Source: Octopus bimaculoides
Taxonomy: Eukaryota
Direction of reading: 5' to 3'
Assembly: GCF_001194135.2 (NCBI RefSeq)
Contig: NC_068993.1
Coordinates: 1,234,629-1,298,628 of the forward strand
DNA: 64,000 bases
The notes under the pieces: model-generated
Told to the model about the DNA's origin: nothing
What the model saw: the letters and a program-made list of their open reading frames with translations, nothing else
Databases searched by the model: none
Part shown: positions 26,904 through 39,477 of the stretch, one piece after another
Layout: each line of letters opens with the position of its first letter
Position numbering within the stretch: the first letter of the stretch is position 1
Program-made: the position numbers and the translations under genes

Positions 26904-27223
26904 GTGAACTTGTGACTTAATGGTTAGGCAATTCGGCTCCCAATCTTAAAGCCATGAGTTCGACTCTCAGCGACGCGTTGTGTCCTTGAGCAAGACACTT
27001 TATTTCACGTTGCTCCAGTCCACTCTGCTGGCAAAAATAAGTTACACCTGTAATTCAAAAGGACAGTTTTGTCACATTGTGTCACGCTGAATTTCCCTGA
27101 GAACTACATTAGGGTACGCATATCTGTGGAGTGCTCAGCTACTTGCACGTTAATTTCACGAACAGGCTGTTCCGTTGATCGGATCGACTGGGACACTCGT
27201 CGTAACCGACGGAGTGTTACTTA
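26904..27223 (+). mobile_element. tRNA-derived SINE (family C) with 8-bp target-site duplication
   Basis: A/B-box head (TAATGGTTAG...GAGTTCGACTC) and CCTTGAGCAAGACACTT. ATCGAACA occurs on both sides (26896-26903 and 27224-27231). Confidence 0.85.
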
Positions 27224-27454
27224 ATCGAACATCTCGCTGTTTTTTAAATCTCTTGACTTACATTTCATGTCGATTAGTGCCAATGATTTTGATATAAGAC
27301 CAAATGAAAAACAACCGATACGTTTGATAATATCGATATGTGATTGTGTAAATACATTGACAATATATTCACTAAGTCATTTGTAGAATAATAAATAGAA
27401 TCCGAGGATGATCGGTAGAGAGGGAACTGGAACACTTTGCAGTGAAGTGGAATA

Positions 27455-27520
27455 ATTTTACGGCGAGGAAGAGAAATATTAACGTTTCGGACGGAGGGTT
27501 CTTCGTTAAAGAGAGAGGAA
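27455..27520 (-). mobile_element. Degenerate Penelope-like terminal remnant
   Basis: Minus strand TTAACGAAG...CCGAAACGTT resembles the 44.6-kb motif, but the core and stem II are disrupted. Confidence 0.3.
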
Positions 27521-27675
27521 ACATGTACGACTAGTGAATGAAATAGATTTAGAAGTAGTAAAGGAGCGGGAAATTTAGTGATGTAGTGAAGAATTATGGA
27601 GAAGGACGAGAGGTAACAATGAGAAACAGATGCTTGTGAGAAGACAACGGCAGTCAGAGCGAGGTTGACTTTAAT

Positions 27676-27728
<53 letters not shown>

Positions 27729-29870
27729 GTAGTAATATCTATTGAATGCCATTCACATAACGCTGGAACCAGGTAAATTGAATGCGATTAAGATACGCTA
27801 CCGACAAGTGTTTCAGTTAACGGTATATATATATATATATTTTTTTTTTCTTAATTTTTTTTTTTTCAGAACAGTTCCAGAATTATGTTTTAACTGCTTT
27901 CTTAGAGCATTTTTTCTATTATTAATGTAAATTGGTAAAGAATAATAAAAGAAAAAGAAAAACGAAAACAAATTATAGCGAGAGAATGAAAGGTCAAGAA
28001 TCTATACAGAAAAAAAATAATAATAGAAAAACACAAAATTATAGAAAAAATTTGGGGAAATATCTTCTAAAGACTATTGAATTATACTCCATCTTCATTT
28101 TTACAACGGATGTTTTCAAATTAAAACAACAAAAACAGACAAAATATATCTTTTCTTCGTCAGAATAGATATAGGTTATTGTTGTTGTTTTTGTTGTTGT
28201 TTTGGAGTTAAAAGGTTTTGAAGCCATTCTATTGTTTATCATTGTTCTCGAATTTACCTGCCGATATGTTTTTTCTTGCCAACATCTTTATAGAGCTCTT
28301 TTCTTCGTTGTATCCCATCTCTTATCAATTTCGCCATCTTTTGTGGTCATCAGACGACAATATGGAAACTATTTAGCCAAGCCTATTTCGAAATCGTATT
28401 TCCTCAACATTTACTCGTTCTTTCAACCTGCCTCAACATCCGGCAATACATCTTTATTCGAGACTTGATTCTCATTTGTTTATTGTTTCATTTATTTTCT
28501 GTGAACACTCGAACGGAGCAAGACTGGCTTGTAGGACAATAATCGTTTAAGAATTGAAGAAAGCTGCTGACACAAGCTAAACGGAAGTATACTTCGATTA
28601 GATTATTATTATTATTATTTTCTTAAAAATAGATATGAAACGACTGAAGTCTCAACATAGAAGCAAAATCGTTAATTAAATAACGGATATTGCATAAAAG
28701 CAACAAAGAATTCACTGTTTTCAGCACCGATGAATCTTTATTTCTCTTTTCTTTAAATTGTTCCGACATTTAGAAATTATTTCAGATCTTATCCCAGTTT
28801 TTTTTCCCCTCCATTTCACAATGACTTTTATTTTTTTACCTCAATAATCTGCCTCTCTATTCAATATGTTGTTACCAATTTCTCTCATCCACCGGACTTT
28901 TCCGTAGATTTTTGAGTCGCAACTGTTTTTGAAGATTTTTTTCATACTTTTTTTCTGAAAAATTTTCTTTCGTTTCGAATAAACGAATGAAAATTCTCAT
29001 TTTTGAAGTAAAATTATTTTAAACTTCAAGCGGTTTATTTTTATTTACTTTGACGCAATTTTAAAACTGTAAATAGTATTTATCTCACATTTGAATTTGA
29101 ACCCCAACAAAACTGGACGAAATGCCAGAGATAAAAGGATCGATTTCAGCTGAGATCACAGAAAAATGAAATAATTTCAAGTCATACTAATGTACTTAGA
29201 AACGGTATGAACATTACATCATCCTCTTTTGCCTTCTTTCATCAAAACCATGGCCTCACAACCACTTTAGCTATAAGAAGTCTTTACGTTGATGATTGAC
29301 CTGAAACCATGTCTCCCTGAATTAACACCCTAGTGTCTTAATAAAAGAGAACGGTTCATCAAATCATAGCAATCCTCGCTATCACTAAACAACTGAAATG
29401 ATCACAGTATGGAATGGCTTTGATCATGAGGTCTACTCTATTGGGCTTGACCTGGGGCTAAACTACTACATATATTGTACTATTTAATTTTCTCCTTTCC
29501 GTTTTGAATATCAGATTTGTGATATTTCGATAATTGTGATTCCCCTTTAAATGTAGAAACCCTGACCTTAGATAAGTTTCTTTACTTTACCTTCCAACCT
29601 ACATTTCCTTCCTCTGTTTGGTTCCCTGAGCCTAGGCAATTTCACATTTCATCGTGAAATAACAGTTCCCTTAACACGACAATCTTCTCCCCCATCCCAC
29701 CTTAGATATTAAATATAGTATTTCTGAACCCAAGCAATTACATTTTCCCTCCTTAGATATTTTGATTATCAAGAGAGAGGAACCCTTTATTCAGTGCAAA
29801 TCAACATGTCAGTGTGTCGTAGTTTCGATTCCCAACTGTGACACCACTCCCCGCTTACACGTTCGACTTA

Positions 29871-29928
<58 letters not shown>

Positions 29929-30129
29929 TTTTTTTGGAAGGGCAAAATAAGCCACATTACATAAATATTACTTGAAGCCACTTGCTTGTCATAATAGATA
30001 ATCGAGTGAAAACTGCTAGCATATGGTTACCCAGTGATTCATCTGATATATCTGTCTTCAACAAAGAAGTCTTATATTGAAATAATAAAACGCAGTAGGT
30101 TTTAGGATAAGATTAATTACTTAATAAAT

Positions 30130-30600
30130 AAATATTAATTCTCAGATACGGTAAATTAGAAAAGGTAGCATTTGATGATTTAATTCACCTCAAGTCTTTT
30201 GGATCGGAACGTTTTTGTTATATCGCATCATCGCAATGTATACGCTGAATTCTCTTTGACTTGGAGACCAATAACTGTGGTATGCACCAAGGTTCCATTC
30301 TGCCCCCAACGCTTTTCCTCATTTATTTTCTTACAGAAAAGCTCCTTCCTTTACAGACAATATCGGTTTTTGCGTCCCCTTATACAACCTAGACAATTCA
30401 TTTTAAACTTGCACAGCATCCGTGATCATAGTTCTCAAAAACTGGGGTCAAAAGTAATTATATTTCCTTCAGTAACATGAAACAGTTTTTCCACTCCAAC
30501 CCCTCTAATGTCACATTACACACAGTTTAAACCTTAAAGTTCACAATTACCGTTAATCTCTCCTCTTACTCTCCTCTGATGTTTTCATATGTCTTACATA
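30130..30600 (+). mobile_element. Decayed reverse transcriptase fragment (CR1/L2/Jockey-like LINE)
   Basis: KVAFDDLIHLKSFG near 30162, NCGMHQGSILPPTLFLIY at 30273-30326 (GVPQGSIL.P.LF motif) and a downstream SFTDN (YADD-like) occur in the expected order, with frameshifts. Confidence 0.7.
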
Positions 30601-31899
30601 AAAATTCTCCACAACGGACTGAACCTCTATCAGAACATACTTCAGTATCGAACAAGTAGCTGAGCCTCTAGACAACTCAAATATGACCTACACAACGGAA
30701 TACATTTTCTTTAACGGAAAGAACAAGAAGTTAGATGACCCAGGTGAGAATTTCAGATGTGATCGATACAATAAACCGACCAGATGCGCATTCTTCAATA
30801 TCGATCATATTGATCAGTAACGCTGTCCTAATGAAATATCTACTGTTAATGATCGTTTATAAATGTTTGAAAAAACATTCTATTCGTGACGTCAATTAAT
30901 TCTTACATTACAATATTTGCAACACTGAAGTAACATTTGATTAAAAGAGATTTAATTGTTAATTAAAGTGAATTTAAGTAGAAACAGTTGTTTGTTGCAA
31001 TATGCAAGTCCGTTTGAAGAAAGACATAATTTTATTTTTATTTTCTATTTTAAACGCAAACTTTCCACCAAGATTTTTAGACTTTCAATCGCTTTATTTG
31101 GTGACATTTCAGTGTAGAGAGTTAAAATTATAGGTTAGTATTTGTTAAGCCTTTCTTCTTCCTTTCTTTCTTTTTGTTTGTTGTCATTTATTCCTATTTA
31201 AGGAAGCAAAGGCCAGCTCGGAATTTTCTATGACTCAGAATCGGAAATAATAGCTGTAGAATTTGCATTTTTTATGAAAATTTCGCGTTTGATGGTGTAT
31301 CAATTTGAATGCATTACATACAGGAGTAGATTTTTGTTTTGTGCTACGTTTAGGTACAACAATTAATCGATATTTTACTGTTTGTTTGTGAAATTCGGTT
31401 CATAGCGGCCATTTTGCTTCTTTTTTTTCTCTCTCTCCCTTTCTCTCTCTCTCCCTCTTGCTGCATTCTATATTTCCTTTGATGATATCCTTCTGACATT
31501 TTGCCGCCCCTTCATAGGTGTCACTAGCTCTGCCATAATCCCACTTCATTCAACGCTATTATTACTTTTTCTACACAATTTGTTATACATATATACATAT
31601 TTATACATACATATATATATACATATACATACTTATATGCATATACATACATATATATACATACACATATATATATATATATTATATGTATTATATATAT
31701 ATATACACACACACTGGCGATATTATTTAAAGCTTTATCGATCGAACTCAACCAAACAAAAGTTGTGATAATGTTTAAATATTTGCTAGTTTCTTTGTTT
31801 TATTCTTTTATGTGGATTCTGTTTTGTTTCAAGATGGAGGAGTTTATTGTTCCCCAAATGTAAAAACTCATCGCTACCCGAGTCCGTAGCGGAGCCGTC

Positions 31900-32330
31900 A
31901 TGTGGTCGTTCAACTTTGTAGAAATAGCAGCCAAATCAACTTCAGGTTACACACAACCATCTTAAAATGCAGTTCTTTATATATATAAATATATGATGTA
32001 GTCGTAGTTAGAACGCCTTTGATCACAGATTTGCTCGATGACCGATGACCTGCGGTTAAACATCACCATCATCATGAACCACGTAAATTACATGTCTTAA
32101 CAGGGGAACCGCTACATAACCTTTCAACTTGTTAGAAATAAGAGCTAGGTCTACCTTAAATCACAACATACCGTCTTAAATAAGAATGACACTTTGAATC
32201 ATGTAGTCCCAGATATATGATGACTGTATAAAAGATGAGATGGTCAGAGCTGGAATGTCTATGACCTTGTATGCTATATTAACGTCAGGCGAAATAACAA
32301 GGAACACATTAGATAATGTAGTTCTTTACA
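31900..32330 (+). repeat. Two adjacent copies of an unclassified interspersed repeat (family D)
   Basis: TAGAAATAGCAGCCAAAT...GGAATGCCTTTGATCA-type motifs recur at about 361-400, 4835-4890, 19495-19552 (-), 26620-26722 (-), 29310-29465, 32915-33045 (-), 40860-41075 (-), 41310-41410 and 56325-56450. Confidence 0.7.
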
Positions 32331-33639
32331 AGTTTACGATAAATTAACTGGAAATCTCAAATATCTTCAATTTCATATGACTGTATTTTAGTGGGGTCAT
32401 ATGGACAATAAGAAGCTCACACTGGTTCTGGTTTACTTCTTTTTATTATTACTATTAATCAACTAGTTATCCAATTAATCGATTGATCAATCTGCAGATT
32501 TGTTAGCGTCCTTTCGTCTCTATATCCGTGACCTCATCAATAACAGGCCCTCGCCCTACCAGGTCTGACTTAATATTGACATTTGGTAGTTAATCTAATT
32601 TATATCATTTATCAATTGTTGTTGTGTTTTCTCGAACGACCAGTTTCTGTCATGTGACTCACTGTTTTGTTTGGGGTTTGGTTTAATATACTCTAAGAAT
32701 GAGAACGGGGTGAGGGTGGCACCGTGTTGTATTTTCGTCCAACATAGTCAACCCGCAAATGGTTCAGTCTGCCTAGCTGCAAACATGTACCACCACAACT
32801 TTATAGAGGAATGAATCACTTCTATAAACAATTGCCTGTTCACTGTCTTGCAGTGTTGACTCCAAACTACATTTGGGAGCAGTGGTGCGGTGGTTGGCGG
32901 AGTAGACCTATGATCAAAAATGTTCCAGCCACGACCATCCTGTCTTTTTTCACACTCATAGCACGTGGTCTTATGTAGCTATTTCTTCTTAGGCAATATG
33001 GTGTGGTTTTAAAGGCAATGGGCTGTTATTTTTAGCAAGTCCGACATTGGTCCTTGGCTCCTCTGCAATGAGTACTTAGCCCAGTCTGTTGGGTCGCTCG
33101 CCTGTTTCAATTATTCCTTCTTATAATAGGAAGTTTCGAAATCTGCAGTAATTAAAAACCGAATTATCAAATAGTTTTTTTTTTTTTCTGTTTCAGATCA
33201 ATAATTAACAATTTTAGCCCGCTACACTCAAAATGGTCAAAACTACGATTCCACAGAACTGTCAATAGAGAATCTGTTCTTTAGAAGACAATCGTTGGTC
33301 TTCCTCGACGATTACAAAAGTTACTGGAATTACGAAAATTTATGTAATCTTACAGTATTCTACAGAATTCTGCAATAATTCTAGTCGTCAGTGGTTCGTT
33401 CATAAATACCTTCGACTTGGTGTATAAATCTGGAAGGCTCTTCTTGTTTCTATCATTAGTCATTATTCTTTATTTATAATCCACTTTCCCGTTTTGTTTA
33501 TGTTTAATGTAGACGTAGATATAACAGCAACTAAGTAGATAATCCATACTGTTTAACTTTCTTCTATAATCCATAATCCCACAGATATATAACTGAAGCA
33601 TTAATCCACCAGCCTCTGAGCTATTGTTTATCTTGATAC

Positions 33640-33910
33640 CAGTTTATCCATGTTTTGTATGTTTATCACATCAATATCAACCTCATTATGTTTGTATCCC
33701 CATCAATATCCCCATGTTTATATATTTATCCCCTTCCCTATGTTTATATCTATATCAATTCCATTATCTTTATATATTTATCAATTACTCCATCAATATC
33801 AATTTCACTGTGTTTATATCGACATCAGCTCCCCTATATTTCTATATATTTTCATGTTTATAGCGATATCAATTTATATGTTTATATCCATATCAACTTC
33901 CCTGTATATC
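33640..33910. repeat. Degenerate minisatellite with ATGTTTATAT and ATATCAA units
   Basis: Repeated ATGTTTATAT(C) and CATCAATATC/TATCAA sub-units. Confidence 0.65.
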
Positions 33911-34165
33911 GCCAGCAATTTCCCATTCCACACGATTATTCACGCTAGAATGCTGAGATAAGTAACAGTTTGATATTAATTTACAAGAACCGCGGTTATG
34001 TCAATCCCTAAGGTGTGTCTACAGTACATCGCATATCAATCGAAGCCAAGTAAGCCGCTGTTTTCACCTGTTGCTTTTTGTTGTTCTTGTAGTTCATAAA
34101 CAATGCTAACGTTTCCCTCTTAGATGGAAGCTGGGTTTCTTTGAAGGACTCTATAGGATGTCCTA

Positions 34166-34304
34166 TGAGTCAAACAACTGTTTAGTGACGCGTATGCCGC
34201 TCCACGAGTGCAACTCAGCAACAGTTCTATACAACCACTCTCAGCGAAGATACTGAGTCAGTGACGCCGCACTTACACTGACGCGGACGCCACAGTGACG
34301 TCAC
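34166..34304. promoter_or_regulatory. Cluster of bZIP sites (2 AP-1, 1 full CRE, 3 CRE half-sites)
   Basis: TGAGTCA at 34166 and 34254; TGACG at 34186, 34262 and 34279; palindrome GTGACGTCAC at 34295-34304. Confidence 0.45.
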
Positions 34305-34605
34305 AGCAAAGAAATGATTGTAGAATGTTCGGCTATGTTTTCCAGTAAAAGAACGTGACCAGCTAACACACAAATACCTGTAAAAGATATGCAGGAATTT
34401 TCTAAAAGTACGCAATTTTGGTAACAATTCTTATGGGCTAAATTCCAGCAATAGAGCTTCCAATGAAACCAGATCTTTCTTTAGAAGAATTCAGTCGGTA
34501 GAAACAAAAAAACAAGATCAACTTCAAGGCATAAAATTATCAAAACCTATAGAGTTTGGTGGTACCCACAATATCGATATAATGGTAATACGAAGGTTGA
34601 TAGAA

Positions 34606-34810
34606 AGGCTGCGGTTTAGTGGGATTGTTAGAACATTGAGCAAGTACTTTGCGATGTTTATTGATGGGTCCTTTACGTTATAAGTTCAAATCCCACCGCA
34701 GTCGATATTATTCCAGTATTTGGGGTCGATATATTTGACTAACTTCTCTCCCCCACCATCTCTAGCAAATGCCTGGCCTTGTGCCTATTAAAAAAATCGA
34801 TATTATTGTT
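34606..34810 (+). mobile_element. Degenerate family A SINE with internal deletion
   Basis: TTTACGTTATAAGTTCAAATCCCACCGCAGTCGA, GGGGTCGATATATTTGACT and CTGGCCTTGTGCC segments. Confidence 0.7.
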
Positions 34811-35932
34811 AGTACACAATGTTTGGTGATATTCATAGTGTCGCTATCAAAACATGGCTGTTATTCTAGACCAGTTCACAATTTATCTCCCCTGAAGCTG
34901 TGAAATAAATGAAATGGATATATTCTAATTGTGACCAAAGAAAATATAGTTTGGGGGACGATAAAAAAATGAAAGAAACAAACAATATTATAATATCAGA
35001 AGAAAAACAAACATAAAGACAATAACAAGGTAACATTGTTTCTTCTTCAACATTGTATTTGTTGTTGTATTTCAATATCATCTCATTACAGAGCGAATAT
35101 TGAAAGACAAAACTTTCTGGCCTGCAGCGATGTAAAACAGCGTTAGAAATGTTTTCCTTTGAGTTTTCTGCCAGTAGTATTGTGTCAGGAATATTATTAC
35201 TGCGACATCAATTAGATTAGCTTTAAGTATATATTTCTATTAATCCCCATTACAACACTCGTTTCCCAAGTGATTCGAACCAGTCAGAAGCACGTTTAAA
35301 ATGCTATGATAATATTTATAAATATATCATAATACAGTTTTTTATTAGTTATTATATTAATGATTACAATAATGTATAAAAAAAAGCAAAAATATTGTTT
35401 CCTTTTTTTTTTTTCGATTTATCGTCTTCTTAAGAAAGTTAACTGTACGAAATCTTAATGGAACGACTAATCCTTCACACTAACTCGAATGAAAAGTGTA
35501 TCAAAGATGGCTTTTTTTTGTGAATATAGGAAAAGAAAAATGGGAGAAAAAAAATTGTGTAAGTTCTAGGAGTTAGAACAAGAAAAGCTATTTGAAAGTT
35601 TGGTCTTTTCTTGAAGTTATAAGTTAATCAAGCCTAAATCAGCGTCTAACAGTGAAGACTTCATTTGTGTGCAGCAACAAATACGTTTTGTATATTATTT
35701 TTATCCATAATGGTAGCCTCCAGCAAACGGATGTCTCTGTTGCTAAAGAAATGTCTTGACAGCAGCACTGAGTGTGTTTATCCACTGAACATCAGCAACA
35801 TCATAAATAAACACACAATATCTCTTATGAAAACAAAAGTAAAAACAAAAAAAAACACACCAAGTGTATTACATATACACCCATATACATACATATAGGC
35901 ATACATGCATACATACATATATACACACATAT

Positions 35933-36008
<76 letters not shown>

Positions 36009-36227
36009 GTTGTTTGTGTGTGTGTGNNNNNNNNNNNNNNNNNNNNNNNNNNNNNNNNNNNNNNNNNNNNNNNNNNNNNNNNNNNNNNNNNNNNNNNNNN
36101 NNNNNNNNNNNNNNNNNNNNNNNNNNNNNNNNNNNNNNNNNNNNNNNNNNNNNNNNNNNNNNNNNNNNNNNNNNNNNNNNNNNNNNNNNNNNNNNNNNNN
36201 NNNNNNNNNNNNNNNNNNNNNNNNNNN

Positions 36228-36290
<63 letters not shown>

Positions 36291-36459
36291 ATAAAAATGT
36301 TCGGTTAAATCGGGGTGTATCAGTGGGAAGAGGGTATTAGATGCCAATCTCTTCTGCTGTCACTGAGTTATATTACTTACATCAATGGCTGGTTTATGGT
36401 GTTGGTTGCTGTTGCTGTCACTGTTTATTGGTTGTGTGCTCAGTAACTGATTTATAATG

Positions 36460-36790
36460 TATAGCAGCAGCACCGGCAGCAGCACCGGCAGCAGCAGCAG
36501 TAACGCTAAGTAAAATAGGTTTCAATTACACAGCCATTTAGTTCACTAAAATAGCTTTAAATTACATTGTTGACTCTCCTTCTTCTTTGTCTTGCAATTG
36601 AACAACAACACCGACAACATCACCGACAACGACGGTAATAGAAGCACGATAATCAACAACAACAACAGCGATAGAAGTACTAACGATACCAGCAGCAGCA
36701 GCAGCAGCTGAGCAATAAGAACAGTCCACAGCGACAGTACTAACAGCAGCAGCAGCAACAGCAGAAGCACCAAAAAGACGACAGAACCAC
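36460..36790. repeat. Degenerate (CAG)/(CAA)/(CGA) triplet region
   Basis: Triplet-periodic low-complexity sequence, including a duplicated AGCAGCACCGGC. Confidence 0.75.
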
Positions 36791-36891
36791 TAGTTATATC
36801 AAGAGAACCTAACACATACACACCTTAAAAATCCGGCACACAGGTGTAGATTTACTTGTCCTCTACCCCGTCCGAAACTTTTCCATTTCGA

Positions 36892-37803
36892 CAGTAGTTT
36901 TATTTTTATAACGTGCTGTTTTCTACAAGTGCTCCACCCTTTTTGCAGCCCATATTTCTTCCATGTACTTCTCAAGATTGTTACTCACTGTTCCCAGGGC
37001 TCCAACAATTATTGGTACTACTACCACCTTTTTCAAAAATCAATGGATATGACCTGTCATATCTCTCAACTTTTCTTTCTTCCTTATCACATACCTTGTT
37101 GTCAGCGGTAGGGCATGCTATATCTATAACCCAGCATCGTTTGCTTTCTTTCTCAACACTATGTCTGGTTTCCTATTTTCCTTTTTGCATTATCATTTTC
37201 GAAGATGCCTTCGGGTTTGTGTTCGTACCACAGTTTGCTCTCTCAAGTCCATACTTGTTGCAAAGTGTCCAATGGACAAGCCTGGCTATATTGTCATGAC
37301 GGCACTTATATTCTTTCTGGGCTAGTAGTGCACATTGACTGGTAATATGCTATACGGTTTCATCATTTTGTCCACAGATTCTGCACTTATCACTTTCTGA
37401 TGTGTTGTCTATTCTGTATTTGATGTAATTGGTTCTTAATGCTTGCTCTTGGGCAGCACAGATTAGAGCCTCCGTTTCCGATTTTAAATCAGTTTTAGTC
37501 ATCCATATCCATCTTCTTTCTCCGTCTGTCTTATCTTCCCTATGAAATTGTCCAAGCATTCTTTTTTTTATCCACCTATTTTCAGTTTCATTCATTCTCA
37601 AGTGCCTGTACAGTACTTTATCTTTGCAATCTTCCATCCTACACAAGCATTTGTTTACATTTATATGGAGTATCCCATATCTAGTCAGCAACTCCCTTGT
37701 CTTTCTTAAAGACAGACCGGTTATTTGTTCCAGATCTGTGCCATTTGAGGAGTTCAATTCCCACCGAGGTAGCCTTTCTTCTTCATTCTTCTGGATTCTA
37801 GAT
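36892..37803 (-). mobile_element. Decayed R4/Dong-clade non-LTR retrotransposon, C-terminal part (end of RT region, CCHC finger, restriction-like endonuclease)
   Basis: Translation across stops and frameshifts gives KSETEALICAAQEQALRTNYIKYRID, CRICGQNDETV*HITSQC (CCHC), YKCRHDNIARLVHW, ENRKPDI, CWVIDIACP and KKVVVVPIIVGALGTVS. These are hallmark motifs of RLE-type LINEs. The 5' part is missing. Confidence 0.9.
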
Positions 37804-37833
37804 ATATAAAGTATCAATTAAATGCTGGGTATA

Positions 37834-37864
<31 letters not shown>

Positions 37865-38735
37865 CTTGGAGTTGGCGACGTCGAAAGAGCCAAGAGAAGA
37901 GCGTTCACATTTCGGTGCTTCCAGTCCTTCCCCGCTATTTTGTAGACTTGCTAAGGAGTGAGATTACTCAATCATATCCCAAAATTAATTGAATGTATAT
38001 GAAACATCATTGAGACGCTGTGCCGGTGGTTAAATAGATTTACTCCAATAAGAAAGAACGGTCATAAAATATAAAATGTAAAGAAAAGAATAAAGTATTT
38101 TAGTATGTTATTGCTGTGTCTGCTACAAGACTTCACACTTCAGTGTTTTTGGACATGAATTTGGTTCCAGACCATAGAATATGTTCACTCTTTTGACAAC
38201 ATAGTTTTTCTTACTTTTAAAATGTCTAGTCAGAACCGATGCAATTATAATCCCAAACCTCTCCCCGCCCCTTTCCTATCAGGGAAATCTCTTCTGTGAA
38301 AGATTATTGCTTCTATATTTACGAAGGTCTTAAAGTAGATGTGACATATATCACTTAACATTGTCATAATTCAGTTAAGGAAAAACTATTTAGAATAAAT
38401 AAAATATGCCCGGTCGTCTGTATGGTTTTACTCATTATTTTAAGATTAGGGTAACTAGGATGGGTCTCTTCCTCACGACATATAAACAGAATAATTGATC
38501 TGGAAAATGGAAGAAAAGTTCTAGACGGTTTCTGATTAATGTTTAAATATAGTTTATTCAAAACTCAAATTCCATTTTAGCATTTTCTTTAATATAGAAT
38601 TATTATTCTTTTAAAGAATTACGAGCCGAAGTAGCAAAGCAATAGATTAGTAAATATGAACTATATTGTGGCTGTATGCTAACATTTGGCTGCTATGAAA
38701 ATGTTAAGCAATAAAAACAACAATTCATTCGCCAA

Positions 38736-39130
38736 CCAATGGCCGCATAACACATAAATATTTCACGTCAGCTTATCAACCAATGAAAAAGCTAGACGTA
38801 ATCTTTGTTCGGCACGGTGTTACAGATGGGTTAATACATAGACGAACGTTGACAGTTATTGAGTCGTTAGAGGAGAATTGGCATTCTCTCCGCTAGTTCA
38901 TAACATGACCACTTTGCCAAGGTCGTCAACTATATTTCTGGCGTTTATTGCAAAGTCAATTCTTCTCGTTCACTAATTTGTGTCGTGTTCGTTCGCCATT
39001 ATTTATTGTCTGAGCCAGTCACAGCCTGCGGCAAGCACCATTGCCAGCAAAAGTGTTGCTATGCTCTCGGCTATATAACATCGACTTTACTGCACAGAGT
39101 TGTGACAGAAGATAGGAAAATCGAGTAAGC
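38736..39130 (+). promoter_or_regulatory. Candidate Pol II promoter and short first exon
   Basis: CCAAT at 38736 and 38780, CACGTCA at 38764, TATATAA at 39072-39078 and a donor-like A|GTAAGC at 39125. Confidence 0.35.
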
Positions 39131-39363
39131 AGACGATAGATCAAAATGAAATGAAGTGGTTATTACTTGAATGAAGCCATATTTTATATTTTATCGGAAA
39201 AGTTGAAGTAAAATTGGAACATACTTTTAGAAACATAAATATCTCAAAATCATATAATACATATAATACATATAAGTAAACCTATACATATATNNNNNNN
39301 NNNGAGAGAGAGAGAGAGAGAGAAAGAGAGAGATCTATGCATGCATATATACAAACACATACC

Positions 39364-39394
<31 letters not shown>

Positions 39395-39432
39395 ATACAT
39401 ACACATATATTTATTTATACATAAATACTCAT

Positions 39433-39477
<45 letters not shown>

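Noticed and set aside
30634-30743. Exon-like frame EQVAEPLDNSNMTYTTEYIFFNGKNKKLDDP with a GTGAGA donor
   Set aside because: Weak acceptor, and it directly continues a decayed RT fragment, so LINE origin or chance is more likely.
30757-30812. 12-bp inverted repeat (ATGTGATCGATA / TATCGATCATAT)
   Set aside because: Stem too short and loop too large (about 30 nt) for a miRNA precursor.
37350-37817. 155-aa ORF as a host gene
   Set aside because: It is part of a decayed RLE-type LINE with a stop and frameshifts immediately downstream.
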